A stretch of DNA of 64,000 bases from assembly GCA_036517335.1 (NCBI GenBank), contig DATDWX010000027.1, positions 24,192 through 88,191 of the forward strand, written 5' to 3'. This stretch comes from Minisyncoccota bacterium (lineage in GTDB: Bacteria > Patescibacteriota > Minisyncoccia > Phycocordibacterales > UBA2100). The notes under the pieces were generated by a model that was not told where the DNA came from, searched no databases, and worked only from the letters and a program-made list of their open reading frames with translations. Positions 33,889-43,346 of the stretch are shown here, piece by piece (positions within the stretch are counted from its first letter, which is position 1; each line of letters begins with the position of its first letter). The position numbers and the translations under genes are program-made.

Positions 33889-35631
33889 ATGCAGCGCGTT
33901 CGTCATCTTTGGGGTCTGTACCAGAAGGCCTTCGGGGCCTATACCTGGCAAATAGTGCTTATCATGGTGCTCGCGTTTGTCTCGAGCATTGTGGAGGGTA
34001 TCGGGATAAGCGCCATTATTCCGATATTTAGCTTCGTCGGCGGCACGCCGGGCGCTGCGGGCGACACCATCTCGCACATCATCGCGGGGATGTTCTCTTT
34101 TTTCCACATTACCTACACTTTCCGGATGCTGCTCATCTTCATCGGAGTCCTCTTCGTGCTCCGGATCTTCTTTATATTCGGCATCCAGTATGTGACGGGC
34201 TACATCATTTACAACTACGAGCGTGATCTGCGTCTGCGACTTTTCGGCGGGACGCTGGAGAGCCGTTGGTCGTACCTCTCGCAGCAGAAGGTCGGCAATT
34301 TGGAGCAGCTCCTCACTACGAATACCAGCAATGCCTCACAATTCTTCGGCAATATTTCCGCCTCCGCTCTCATATGCACGAAAGTCTTGATCTACATTGT
34401 GATCGCGATCAACATTTCGTGGTGGATCGCGCTGTTTAGTTTGCTCGCCGGATTCTTGATGGTCTTCGTGTTGCGCCCGATCTTCTATAGAGATCGCGCG
34501 ATAGCGACCGACGCGGAGCGCACCAATCGCTCGCTCGCACATTTCGTCAGCGAGCATGTCATCGGCATGAAGGCGATCAAGGCGATGGCGCTTGAAGAGC
34601 CGGTCAAAGCGCGCGGACGTGAGTTCTTCGACCTGACGCGTACGCTGAATCTGCGCGCCCGAGTGATGGGCGGCTATGTACAGGTACTAGTGCAAAGCGC
34701 GGGCATCGTTTTCGTCGCCATCACCTTCGCTATCATGTATCGTTCGCCGGGCTTCACGCTCGCTTCCTTTGCGGTCATCGTGTACGCCATCAATCAGATA
34801 TTCGCGCAGATACAGTCCGGCCAAAATCAGCTCCACACCATTGTGCGGCTCCTTCCCTATATTGGCGAAGCGTTTGCATATGGCGATCGCACGAAGGCGA
34901 ATGCAGAGGCGCGTGGCGGGGGCGCTCCGTTTGCTCTCCAGCAGAGCATTGAATTTCGCCACGTATCGTTTACATACCCAGAGCGCGGGAGTGTCTTGTC
35001 TGATGCGGATTTCCAGATCCACAAGGGTGAGCTACTTGGTATAGTGGGTCCCTCCGGCGCGGGCAAATCCACGCTTGCCGATTTGCTCCTGCGGCTTATC
35101 GAACCCACGAGTGGCATGATCGTCGTCGATGGGCGCGATGTGCAAGAAATATCAGTCGAGGCGTGGAGGTCGCATGTAGGCTATGTGGCGCAGGATGCGG
35201 TCTTGCTCAATGATACGATCGAGCAGAATATTCGCTTCTACAATGCGAAGGTGGGAATGGCGGATGTGGTCGCGGCGGCAAAGCTCGCGAATATTCACGA
35301 ATTCATCGAGACGCTGCCGCGGGGATACGAGACGGTGATCGGGGATCGTGGCATCCTCCTCTCCGGAGGCCAGCGTCAGCGGGTGGCGCTTGCGCGCGTC
35401 TTGGCGCGCAAGCCAGAGCTTCTCGTTTTGGACGAAGCCACCAGCTCGCTCGACCAAGAATCCGAACGCGCCATCCAAGCGGCGGTCGAAGGACTGCGCG
35501 GCGGCATCACGATCGTCGTCATCGCGCACCGGCTCTCGACCATCGAAGGAGCTGATCGTTTCATCGGGATCAAAGATGGAGTTGTTTCCGAATTGTCTCG
35601 CGACGAGGTGTTTGCAACCCGTTCCGTATGA
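33889..35631 (+). CDS. ABC exporter, fused permease and ATPase
   Basis: Six N-terminal TM helices, then Walker A GPSGAGKST, signature LSGGQRQRVALARVL, and Walker B LLVLDEATSSLD. Start taken at the internal Met MQRVRHLWGLY. Confidence 0.8.
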   Translation: MQRVRHLWGLYQKAFGAYTWQIVLIMVLAFVSSIVEGIGISAIIPIFSFVGGTPGAAGDTISHIIAGMFSFFHITYTFRMLLIFIGVLFVLRIFFIFGIQYVTGYIIYNYERDLRLRLFGGTLESRWSYLSQQKVGNLEQLLTTNTSNASQFFGNISASALICTKVLIYIVIAINISWWIALFSLLAGFLMVFVLRPIFYRDRAIATDAERTNRSLAHFVSEHVIGMKAIKAMALEEPVKARGREFFDLTRTLNLRARVMGGYVQVLVQSAGIVFVAITFAIMYRSPGFTLASFAVIVYAINQIFAQIQSGQNQLHTIVRLLPYIGEAFAYGDRTKANAEARGGGAPFALQQSIEFRHVSFTYPERGSVLSDADFQIHKGELLGIVGPSGAGKSTLADLLLRLIEPTSGMIVVDGRDVQEISVEAWRSHVGYVAQDAVLLNDTIEQNIRFYNAKVGMADVVAAAKLANIHEFIETLPRGYETVIGDRGILLSGGQRQRVALARVLARKPELLVLDEATSSLDQESERAIQAAVEGLRGGITIVVIAHRLSTIEGADRFIGIKDGVVSELSRDEVFATRSV

Positions 35632-35912
35632 ATCCCGTTAGAGATGACAAAAGTTGGTATACCTACGTACTTCGGAGTTTGAAGGACGGTAATTGGTACA
35701 CCGGTTTTACGAACGATCTACGGAAGCGCTTCAAGCAGCACAACGACGGGCTTACGTTCTCGACCAAAGGACGTCGTCCGTTAGAGGTGATATATTACGA
35801 AATGTGTAGAAATGAGCATGATGCTCGGTCGAGGGAATTATTTCTTAAATCTGGTATGGGAAAGCGTTATTTGCAAAACCGCTTGAAGCGCTTCCTATCT
35901 CTAACGGGATGA
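35628..35912 (+). CDS. GIY-YIG nuclease-domain protein (94 aa)
   Basis: SWYTYVLRSLKDGNWYTGFTNDLRKRFKQHN is the GIY-x10-YIG motif with the conserved R and N. The ATG overlaps the ABC transporter's TGA, and its own TGA overlaps the next gene's ATG. Confidence 0.75.
   Translation: MNPVRDDKSWYTYVLRSLKDGNWYTGFTNDLRKRFKQHNDGLTFSTKGRRPLEVIYYEMCRNEHDARSRELFLKSGMGKRYLQNRLKRFLSLTG
35632..35910 (+). mobile_element. small element bounded by 12-bp terminal inverted repeats ATCCCGTTAGAG / CTCTAACGGGAT, carrying the GIY-YIG gene and inserted at an ATGA gene junction
   Basis: TIRs at 35632-35643 and 35899-35910. The same termini and the same flanking ATGA...GAAATT context recur at 53515-53631. Confidence 0.6.
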
Positions 35913-37312
35913 AATTATTCTTGATCCAACTCGGGGAGATGGTGCCGGCGCAAGTAGATGTGGCGCGCATGCTCAAGAAAAATCACGAGATCCAATACTG
36001 GGTGCGGATGGAAAATCATTTCGCGGTCTACAGAGAGGAATTCGAGGGGACGTTCTTCCAGGATTATCTCGATGCGATTCAAGGGATTCCGGCTCGTGGG
36101 ATCGATCTGTACAAGTACGAGCCGTGGAGCGCGCACGATATCGCCGCATACGGGGATATCGAATCCGAGTACATGACCATGGCCGACAAATTGCATCCTC
36201 ATTGGTCTGTGAATCAGCGGAAGGATTTGTATTTCGATCTGCTTCGATACTGGGGCGGCATATTGGATGAATTCAAGCCCGATTGCATCGTTATCCTTGG
36301 GGTTCCGCATCACGAGTATGATTTCGTTTTGTACAAAATTGCGAAGCGCCGAGGTATACGTACGATCATCCTAGAGAACACGTTCAGAGGAGGTCGCTAC
36401 GTGTTGTATGAGGACTATACGGTTGGAAGCGAAAAATTTCTGATAGGGAATGGAGCGCGGGAGACAACACTTGAACAGCTCTCCCCTGAAATGCGTGCCT
36501 ATTTTGAACGCGTATCGCTGGGAGAGAACCCGGCGCCGCCCTACGTACAGGCATTCCACGAACGTCGTACGACCATTAACGCTATTCGCCGTTGGAATCA
36601 CGCCATCGTGCGATTCATTAAAGATCGCTCGCTCTTCGAACGTGCGATCTTGAAGGTGCTCAAGATGATGAAGCCATCTCTTAAGGATGAGCACCATGCA
36701 AACGAAAAAGCACCCAATTTCGATAATTCCTACGCGTATTTTCCCCTGCACTACCAGCCAGAATTTACTACGAGTCCCGCCGGAGGGCTCTATGTAGATC
36801 AAATGCACGCCATTAAAACGATTGCCGCGGCACTTCCAGAGGGATGGGAGTTGTATGTTAAAGAACACCCCGGCCAACTCGCCGTGCACGGCGGCAATTT
36901 TACGCCTGCACGCTACAGCGGCTTCTATTCAGCAATTGTCGCTATCCCGCATGTGCGACTTGTTCCGCTTGAGACAAATACGTACAAACTCATTGATCGA
37001 GCTCGGACGACCGCAACGATTGCGGGCACTGCCGGATGGGAGAGTATCTTGCGCGGCAAAACTGCACTCGTTTTGGGTTATCCGTGGTATTTGCAAGCGC
37101 CGGGCGTGCTTCGCGTATCGAGCGTCCCCGAATGTCGTAATGCTTTTGAAAAAATCACAGGTGGGTTTGTACCGCGGCAATCCGATATTCTCAGCTACCT
37201 CGATCGCGTCGACCAGGCGAGTTTGTACGGGGACTTACTTTATATAAAGACCGACACTCCGCAGTATGCGCAGGATATGTACACGGCTATCGAGGAGATG
37301 CTTGCATCTTGA
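35909..37312 (+). CDS. capsule polysaccharide biosynthesis protein (Capsule_synth / KpsS-KpsC-LipA family-like)
   Basis: YFPLHYQPEFTTSPAGGLYVDQMHAIKTIAAALPEGWELYVKEHPGQL is the family hallmark. Confidence 0.6.
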   Translation: MKLFLIQLGEMVPAQVDVARMLKKNHEIQYWVRMENHFAVYREEFEGTFFQDYLDAIQGIPARGIDLYKYEPWSAHDIAAYGDIESEYMTMADKLHPHWSVNQRKDLYFDLLRYWGGILDEFKPDCIVILGVPHHEYDFVLYKIAKRRGIRTIILENTFRGGRYVLYEDYTVGSEKFLIGNGARETTLEQLSPEMRAYFERVSLGENPAPPYVQAFHERRTTINAIRRWNHAIVRFIKDRSLFERAILKVLKMMKPSLKDEHHANEKAPNFDNSYAYFPLHYQPEFTTSPAGGLYVDQMHAIKTIAAALPEGWELYVKEHPGQLAVHGGNFTPARYSGFYSAIVAIPHVRLVPLETNTYKLIDRARTTATIAGTAGWESILRGKTALVLGYPWYLQAPGVLRVSSVPECRNAFEKITGGFVPRQSDILSYLDRVDQASLYGDLLYIKTDTPQYAQDMYTAIEEMLAS

Positions 37313-37313
37313 T

Positions 37314-38318
37314 ATGTATACCATTCCCTTTAATCCTCGGGCGACATCATTGGCGGAGCCGCACGCGGTGGATACAGCGGTCTTCGGCAGTTTGGAAAAA
37401 GACATCACCTACACGTTCGCGGGCAAATCGGCCTTAGCGCTGCTCCTGCGCTATTACCGCGCGAAGGGGTCGCTCCGCGACAGGAGCGACCAGGTCCTTG
37501 TGCCGCAATGGCTCGGCGGACCGGTGTACAACATCATGCAGTATTCGTGTTTTCCAAATGCGTCCTACAACGAGAAAGTGCGCGGGCTTCTGCTCTACCA
37601 TCAGTGGGGATTCCCGCAGGATGTCGACGCTGTGCGCGATTTTTGCGAGCAAAAGAAATTATTCTTGATCGAAGATTGCGCGCACGCGCTCGAAAGCTAC
37701 TACAAAGGGCAACGTGTCGGCACATTCGGCGAGGTCGCTTTCTTCAGTTTGCAGAAATTCTTCCCGAGCGTCGTCGGGGGTGCGGTGTACTCAACGCAGC
37801 GCGACGTACACGATTTCCTCGAAGGAGAATTCAAGAAAGACGACGAAGAGCTAGCCAAAGAAATATTCGCGAACTGTTTTGCCGTCGACACAAATTCCAC
37901 AAAGCGCAACGGGATCAACCTTGAGCGCAACTATATCGTGTATGACAGAATACTGAAGTGTCCGTCCTATGCGCTTGCGGTGGCGCGAGCGCAGATGCAT
38001 GCGGGGGCGCTCGACAAGCGACGAGCCCACTATGAGCTCTATAAGCAGGCATTCGGCGCCGAAAAATATCTTTCGCAATTCATACAGGAGAATGTCGTGC
38101 CGTGGGTGGTTCCGCTTTTCTTCGATGAGGATCGCTGCGCGAGGGTTGCTGCAATGCTAAAGCGCGCGAGCATTGAATCGGGTGTCTACCATTTTGATGT
38201 CAACCGCAACATGCTTGAACCGGACTTCAAATTGTGCGTTCCGGTGCCTTGTCATCAAGGTATGAGCGAAGAGGACGTCGGTCGCGTAATTGGTATTGTA
38301 AAAGAAGCAGTACGCTAA
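37314..38318 (+). CDS. DegT/DnrJ/EryC1/StrS-family (aminotransferase fold) protein
   Basis: LIEDCAHALESYYKGQRVGTFGEVAFFSLQKFFPSVVGGAV carries the PLP-lysine context. It is shorter than typical, at 334 aa. Confidence 0.55.
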   Translation: MYTIPFNPRATSLAEPHAVDTAVFGSLEKDITYTFAGKSALALLLRYYRAKGSLRDRSDQVLVPQWLGGPVYNIMQYSCFPNASYNEKVRGLLLYHQWGFPQDVDAVRDFCEQKKLFLIEDCAHALESYYKGQRVGTFGEVAFFSLQKFFPSVVGGAVYSTQRDVHDFLEGEFKKDDEELAKEIFANCFAVDTNSTKRNGINLERNYIVYDRILKCPSYALAVARAQMHAGALDKRRAHYELYKQAFGAEKYLSQFIQENVVPWVVPLFFDEDRCARVAAMLKRASIESGVYHFDVNRNMLEPDFKLCVPVPCHQGMSEEDVGRVIGIVKEAVR

Positions 38319-38323
38319 TACGT

Positions 38324-39430
38324 ATGGATACTCGTTCATTCGAAGAGATAGAAAAAGCTGGGTGGGACGCTTTCTGCACAAATTCACCAGATGCGTGGTT
38401 TCGGCACACGAGCGACTTTATAAAGCTCGCGCTCGTGCTTGAGGAGGGAAATGAGAACCATTCATTTGCCATTACAAACGGTGAGCAGTTGCTTGCTGTA
38501 GTGCCGCTTGTGAGTCAGACGATCAGCGACACGCAAAGGCGCGAGTATGCTCTCGGAGGTATGACGCCCGCGCCGTACCCGGCGCTCTTGGCCGATCTAT
38601 CTCCTAAAGAACGGGAGAGCGTCAGTAAGTATATTTTTGAGGAGATCGACCGGCGGGCGAAAGAGGATGACATCTCCTGCGCGCGGATGTTCGTCGATCC
38701 GCTTAGTGATCCGATCATCGAGGGTGGCGTACGCTTTAATACGCTGGCAACATACGGATTCCACGACACATCGATGGCAACCGTTTGTATCCAACTCTCC
38801 AGGAGCCATGAGCAGATATTGAGTGGAATGTCCGAGCGCCGGCAGCGTTACATTGCGGCGGCAGAGCGCAAGAGAAACTGTCGGGTTGATATCTTTGATA
38901 GCGATTCCATTACGGATGGCATGTACAAGGAATATCAAACATTATTTTTCGAGGCGGCCGGAATGACCGTCGGCTCTAAAGAACGCTGGCAGACGACGCT
39001 AGAATGGATAAAAAATGGTTTTGCGCTGCTCGCGATAGTGCGAGCATCAGGGACAAATGAATTACTCGCCGGGCATTTAGTGATGTTCTATAAGAAGCGG
39101 GGGTACGACGTGAACTCCGCGATACATCCATCCCAAAGGAATAATCACGAAGTGGGCATGTACATGCAATGGAAGACGATGCTTTATATGAAAGAGCACG
39201 GCTGCACGCACTACGAGATCGGTTGGTTGTGGCCTCCGACCATTTCCGAATCCGTCTACTCACAAAAAGAATTGGCCATAGCGCACTCCAAGTCGCTTTT
39301 TGGGAAATACATTCTACCCGTCTTTCGGGGAGAAAAGTATTATGATATGGAATACTTGCGGGAGCGAAGAGCGGCATTGACCGAACAGTTTATAGCCCAC
39401 TATGGCAATAAGAAAAATATCACTGAATGA
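38324..39430 (+). CDS. FemAB/GNAT-like acyl or aminoacyl transferase (Acetyltransf_6-like)
   Basis: About 370 aa. The C-terminal GHLVMFYKKRGYDVNSAIHPSQRNNHEVGMYMQWKTMLYMKEHGCTHYEIGW resembles FemX/CelD-type GNAT folds. Confidence 0.4.
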   Translation: MDTRSFEEIEKAGWDAFCTNSPDAWFRHTSDFIKLALVLEEGNENHSFAITNGEQLLAVVPLVSQTISDTQRREYALGGMTPAPYPALLADLSPKERESVSKYIFEEIDRRAKEDDISCARMFVDPLSDPIIEGGVRFNTLATYGFHDTSMATVCIQLSRSHEQILSGMSERRQRYIAAAERKRNCRVDIFDSDSITDGMYKEYQTLFFEAAGMTVGSKERWQTTLEWIKNGFALLAIVRASGTNELLAGHLVMFYKKRGYDVNSAIHPSQRNNHEVGMYMQWKTMLYMKEHGCTHYEIGWLWPPTISESVYSQKELAIAHSKSLFGKYILPVFRGEKYYDMEYLRERRAALTEQFIAHYGNKKNITE

Positions 39431-40199
39431 GCTTGGGGCGTATTCGCCATGGATCAGGCGGCTCAAAGAAGGAAAGAAGCTCTTCGAAAAAACACCCGCA
39501 AGTCTGATGCGGGAGTACAATGAAGACAAATACGCGCCGCTTATGGCGTGCAAAACATTTGTTGATGCGATCCAAGCATATCGTGGTCCAAAAGAAGAAA
39601 CTGCATACTCTCGGCACGGTGAGCTTTTTGTAGACGATAAGGATGCCGTATATGAATTGCGCCAAAAAATCATGCTTGAAGCACTTCGCCCGACTCTTGA
39701 AATGGTCGAGATGGTGATCGAACTCGGCGCCGGATTTGGTCAGACCGTTCGGTCCATTCAAGAAGCGTATCCCGCGCTCGCGTATCGTGCTGGAGAATAC
39801 ACGCCCAACGGCGTCGCGCTTGGTCAGAAACTGCTTCCCGGTGTTCAATTCTATCCTTTCAACTTTTACAAAGCGGGCGACTGGGATCGCATATTCGATG
39901 GAGTAGAGAACGCGCTCGTTTTCACCGTGCATGCGGTGGAGATGATCCCGGACGCTACACTCTTTGTGCGGGAAGTACAAAGGCAAAAAAACAAGATACA
40001 CAGCGTTGTCAACTTCGAGCCGATTTATCGCGACGACGGCACTGAATTATCGCGCTATCGTATGAAATACATTGAGATCAATAGCTACTGCCAGAACATC
40101 CTGCAATCAATCCTGAACCCTCGGAAGATCGAAGAAGATTTTTTTGGCGTGAACCCCCTTTTTCCGAAGACGTTTATCGAGTGGGATCTTCATTCATGA
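39402..40199 (+). CDS. putative methyltransferase-fold protein
   Basis: VIELGAGFGQ glycine-rich loop. The frame is otherwise unrecognised. Confidence 0.4.
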   Translation: MAIRKISLNELGAYSPWIRRLKEGKKLFEKTPASLMREYNEDKYAPLMACKTFVDAIQAYRGPKEETAYSRHGELFVDDKDAVYELRQKIMLEALRPTLEMVEMVIELGAGFGQTVRSIQEAYPALAYRAGEYTPNGVALGQKLLPGVQFYPFNFYKAGDWDRIFDGVENALVFTVHAVEMIPDATLFVREVQRQKNKIHSVVNFEPIYRDDGTELSRYRMKYIEINSYCQNILQSILNPRKIEEDFFGVNPLFPKTFIEWDLHS

Positions 40200-40834
40200 T
40201 ACATATTCATCAACTGAAACGACTTCTGCTCGGTCTTGAGGATCGCTATTTTGACTGGGTCAACAACATCGACACGAGCCCGATTGTGAGCGGCGACGAG
40301 CTATATTCACAATTGCAGGATAACGCTCGCGTGTACCATGGAGCGTGGTGTCGCGCCATGCGCCAACTCTTTGCCGAGGCTCGACGATTGGGTGTCTACC
40401 CCCGGATTTTCGTCGACATTGGCTGCGGCAAGGGCAAGGCCTGCTTTTATGCGGCGCGATATAGCGGGTTTGAGCGGATAATTGGGATTGATTTCGATTC
40501 ATTCCTGATCAAAATCGCACAACGCAATTTGGAGAAGTTTGGCATGCCTGCGCATGCAGGAAACGCACAGATAACGTTTGAACACAAGGATGCCACAGAG
40601 TATTTGTTGCCCGAGGAGCAGTCGTTCGTTTTTCTTTTTAATCCATTCGACGATCAAGCGCTGCGCCTGTTCTTGAAGAACAACCTTGAGTCTTTTCAAA
40701 AGAACGCTCATGTCATTGGATATTCCAATGATGTTCACCGTATTGTGATTGAACAGATGGGGTTCCGGAAATTGTACCGCGATGATGCGCGAAAAATGTC
40801 GCTCTGGCAATGGGGCCGCCCGTCACTTTCATAG
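40196..40834 (+). CDS. class I SAM-dependent methyltransferase
   Basis: FVDIGCGKGKACFY motif I, and GIDFDSFLIKIAQRN. Confidence 0.6.
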   Translation: MIHIHQLKRLLLGLEDRYFDWVNNIDTSPIVSGDELYSQLQDNARVYHGAWCRAMRQLFAEARRLGVYPRIFVDIGCGKGKACFYAARYSGFERIIGIDFDSFLIKIAQRNLEKFGMPAHAGNAQITFEHKDATEYLLPEEQSFVFLFNPFDDQALRLFLKNNLESFQKNAHVIGYSNDVHRIVIEQMGFRKLYRDDARKMSLWQWGRPSLS

Positions 40835-40864
40835 AACTACCTGATTTGGTACAGTGCGTTTGGC

Positions 40865-42298
40865 ATGACTCGTACACGAATATCTAGCCGCATCCTTTCC
40901 GAATTCAAGGCATGGCGGAAACAGCCTCCCATTCAGAAAGATTGTGGGATCATTTGGGTATTGAGTGGACAAGACACTGGCTGGGAAAAGGGCTCCGACA
41001 CGAGGCGGCGGCTTGAGGAGGGGATGCGGCTCGCCAAAAAAGTGGCCCGCATGAACCGTGGGAAATTACCCGCCGTATACATCAGCGGTTGGGATGAACA
41101 CAATACCAATCTAAAAAAATGGCGCGCGGAAGGCTTGTTTGAGAAAATATATGGATTTCCGCGTAGGAAAATGCTCATCGGCCCGCAAGAGCGCATCATC
41201 CACACGGGCGATCAATTTCGCCTCTTTCCGAAGAAGTTCTTGCGCGGCAATAAAAAGATCATCGTTCTGACCGACCTCTACCATCTACCGCGCGCAAGGC
41301 GGCATATGGCGCGGTATTTCCCACTGCAGCGTGATCGATTTATTTTTTATCCCGCGGCGCCGGTCTCAATAAGTTCTGCCGAAGTTGCCCGGCAGACGCG
41401 AAAGATCATCGAATATGCGAAGCGAGGCTTCATCCCTCTGTTCCCTGATGTAAAGAAAGTTGTCGTCTCGGGTGCTAGCGGCTTTCTCGGGTCGCGACTC
41501 ATTGCGGAACTATCCAAACGCGATGATGCATCGTCAGTGCCCTTGCCGCGAGAAGCATTTAGAAATCAAAAGCTGCTGCGCTCTAAGGTCCGCGGGGCCG
41601 ATGTCGTGTTCCATCTTGCGGGTGTGAATCGTGCGAATAGTCCCGAGGAATATCAGTTCAACATGAGCTCGACGAAGATGCTCCTTGCAGCGATGAAAAG
41701 TGTCGCGCCGAGCGCCCTCTTGGTCTACACCTCTTCGTTTGCCGTGTATCGGCCACCGCGCAAAGGTCAGACCGTAGACGAGAGATTTCCTCTTCAGCCG
41801 AGAAATGCTTACGGCGCATCAAAATTGGCAGCGGAGAAATTGCTGCGTACAGCTTTGCAGCGCTACGGCATTTCCTCGCTTGCTCTGCGCATTTCAAATA
41901 TGTACGGCCCGCATGCCAAGACCTCACGGGCGATCGTGGACCAGATTCGCCATGCGATAGAAACCGGAAAGCCGATCACGGTACACACCGACATGTCCGC
42001 GACACGCGACTTTGTGTACGTGGATGACGTGGTCTCCGCGCTGATCAGGGTCATGGGGCGCAGGGGTAAAAAAAAGCGTTTTGAAGTATTCAATATTTGC
42101 ACCGGCGATGAAGTCAGCATTGCCGCGATCATACAGATGGCAGAAAAAGTGGCCGGAAAAAAGCTGGATATCGTGAAGCGTCCGGACGCGAACGAACGAG
42201 CGGCCTATTGGCAGGGGAGTTTTCAAAAGGCGAAAAAAGGACTACAATGGCAGCCTAAAGTCAAGATTCACCAAGGACTCCGTAAAACCCTTGTATAA
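40865..42298 (+). CDS. fusion of a DUF218/YdcF(ElyC)-like domain with an NAD-dependent epimerase/dehydratase
   Basis: The N-terminal 160 aa (IWVLSGQD...KIIVLTDLYHLPRARRHMARYF) are YdcF-like. The C-terminal domain has VVVSGASGFLGSRLIAEL, and YGASKLAAEK with the Tyr-x3-Lys. Confidence 0.55.
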   Translation: MTRTRISSRILSEFKAWRKQPPIQKDCGIIWVLSGQDTGWEKGSDTRRRLEEGMRLAKKVARMNRGKLPAVYISGWDEHNTNLKKWRAEGLFEKIYGFPRRKMLIGPQERIIHTGDQFRLFPKKFLRGNKKIIVLTDLYHLPRARRHMARYFPLQRDRFIFYPAAPVSISSAEVARQTRKIIEYAKRGFIPLFPDVKKVVVSGASGFLGSRLIAELSKRDDASSVPLPREAFRNQKLLRSKVRGADVVFHLAGVNRANSPEEYQFNMSSTKMLLAAMKSVAPSALLVYTSSFAVYRPPRKGQTVDERFPLQPRNAYGASKLAAEKLLRTALQRYGISSLALRISNMYGPHAKTSRAIVDQIRHAIETGKPITVHTDMSATRDFVYVDDVVSALIRVMGRRGKKKRFEVFNICTGDEVSIAAIIQMAEKVAGKKLDIVKRPDANERAAYWQGSFQKAKKGLQWQPKVKIHQGLRKTLV

Positions 42299-43346
42299 GG
42301 CCATGGATTATAAGAAACTCTTCACCGGCAAACGTATCCTCGTCTTGGGCGGTACCGGATCTATCGGTTCGGTTATTGTGCACGAACTTTTGAAATACGA
42401 TCCAAAACAAGTCCGCGTCTACTCGCGCGACGAATCCAAGCACCAGGAACTCCTCTTCACCATTCCGGAAAAACAACATGCAAAGATCCGCTCATTGATC
42501 GGCGATGTGCGCGATCGAGAGCGGCTGCACTTCGCCATGCGCGATATTGATATCGTGTTTAATGCTGCGGCGATGAAGCACGTACCGTTCTGCGAATACA
42601 ATCCCTTTGAAGCCGTGAAAACCAACGTGTATGGCACGCAAAATGTACTCGACTCCGCGCGAGAGCACAACGTGGAAAAGGTGATCACCATCTCGACCGA
42701 CAAGGCGGCGGATCCCAACAGTACGCTCGGCGCGACGAAATTGCTTGCCGAAAAATTGACCTCTGCCGCCAACGCCTATCAAGGCAAGGGGCGCACGGTG
42801 TTTGCCTCGGTGCGTTTTGGCAACGTGCTCGGAAGCAGCAACTCTCTTCTGCCGATCATCAAGCGACAATTCCTCGCTGGCAAGCCGATCACCATCACCG
42901 ATTACCGGATGACACGCTTCATTATGCCGACCGAATCTGCCGTCGAGCTCGTCTTCGAAGCAACAGCGCGCATGGAAGGCGGCGAAATATTCGTACTCAA
43001 AATGCCGTCGGTCTCGATAGAAGAGCTCATCCGCGCCTATGTGGAGCTGCTCCAGCAGCACTACCACATCAAGAAAAAGATTACCTATACATTCATAGGC
43101 GCGCGGCCGGGAGAAAAAATACATGAGAAGTTGCTGACCGAGCATGAAGCAAGCTTTGCGGTAGAGAAGGAAAAACTCTTTGTCGTGATGCCGGGTATCA
43201 CGGCGCAAGTGCTGAAGAAAAACGGTCGTTTCAAGGCTACGAGCAAAGCACGAGAGCACACGGGGTATCACTCGGGTACCGCTCCCAAATTAAGCAAGGC
43301 TGAAATTCAAAAAATTATTCTTAATCTCAAAGACACGGCACTATGA
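42291..43346 (+). CDS. pseB: UDP-GlcNAc 4,6-dehydratase-like (PseB/FlaA1/CapD family)
   Basis: GKRILVLGGTGSIGSVIVHELLKYDPKQVRVYSRDESKHQ...IGDVRD...FNAAAMKHVPFCEYNPFEAVKTNVYGTQNVL...STDKAADPNSTLGATKLLAEK matches the PseB-type pattern. Confidence 0.7.
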   Translation: MYKAMDYKKLFTGKRILVLGGTGSIGSVIVHELLKYDPKQVRVYSRDESKHQELLFTIPEKQHAKIRSLIGDVRDRERLHFAMRDIDIVFNAAAMKHVPFCEYNPFEAVKTNVYGTQNVLDSAREHNVEKVITISTDKAADPNSTLGATKLLAEKLTSAANAYQGKGRTVFASVRFGNVLGSSNSLLPIIKRQFLAGKPITITDYRMTRFIMPTESAVELVFEATARMEGGEIFVLKMPSVSIEELIRAYVELLQQHYHIKKKITYTFIGARPGEKIHEKLLTEHEASFAVEKEKLFVVMPGITAQVLKKNGRFKATSKAREHTGYHSGTAPKLSKAEIQKIILNLKDTAL

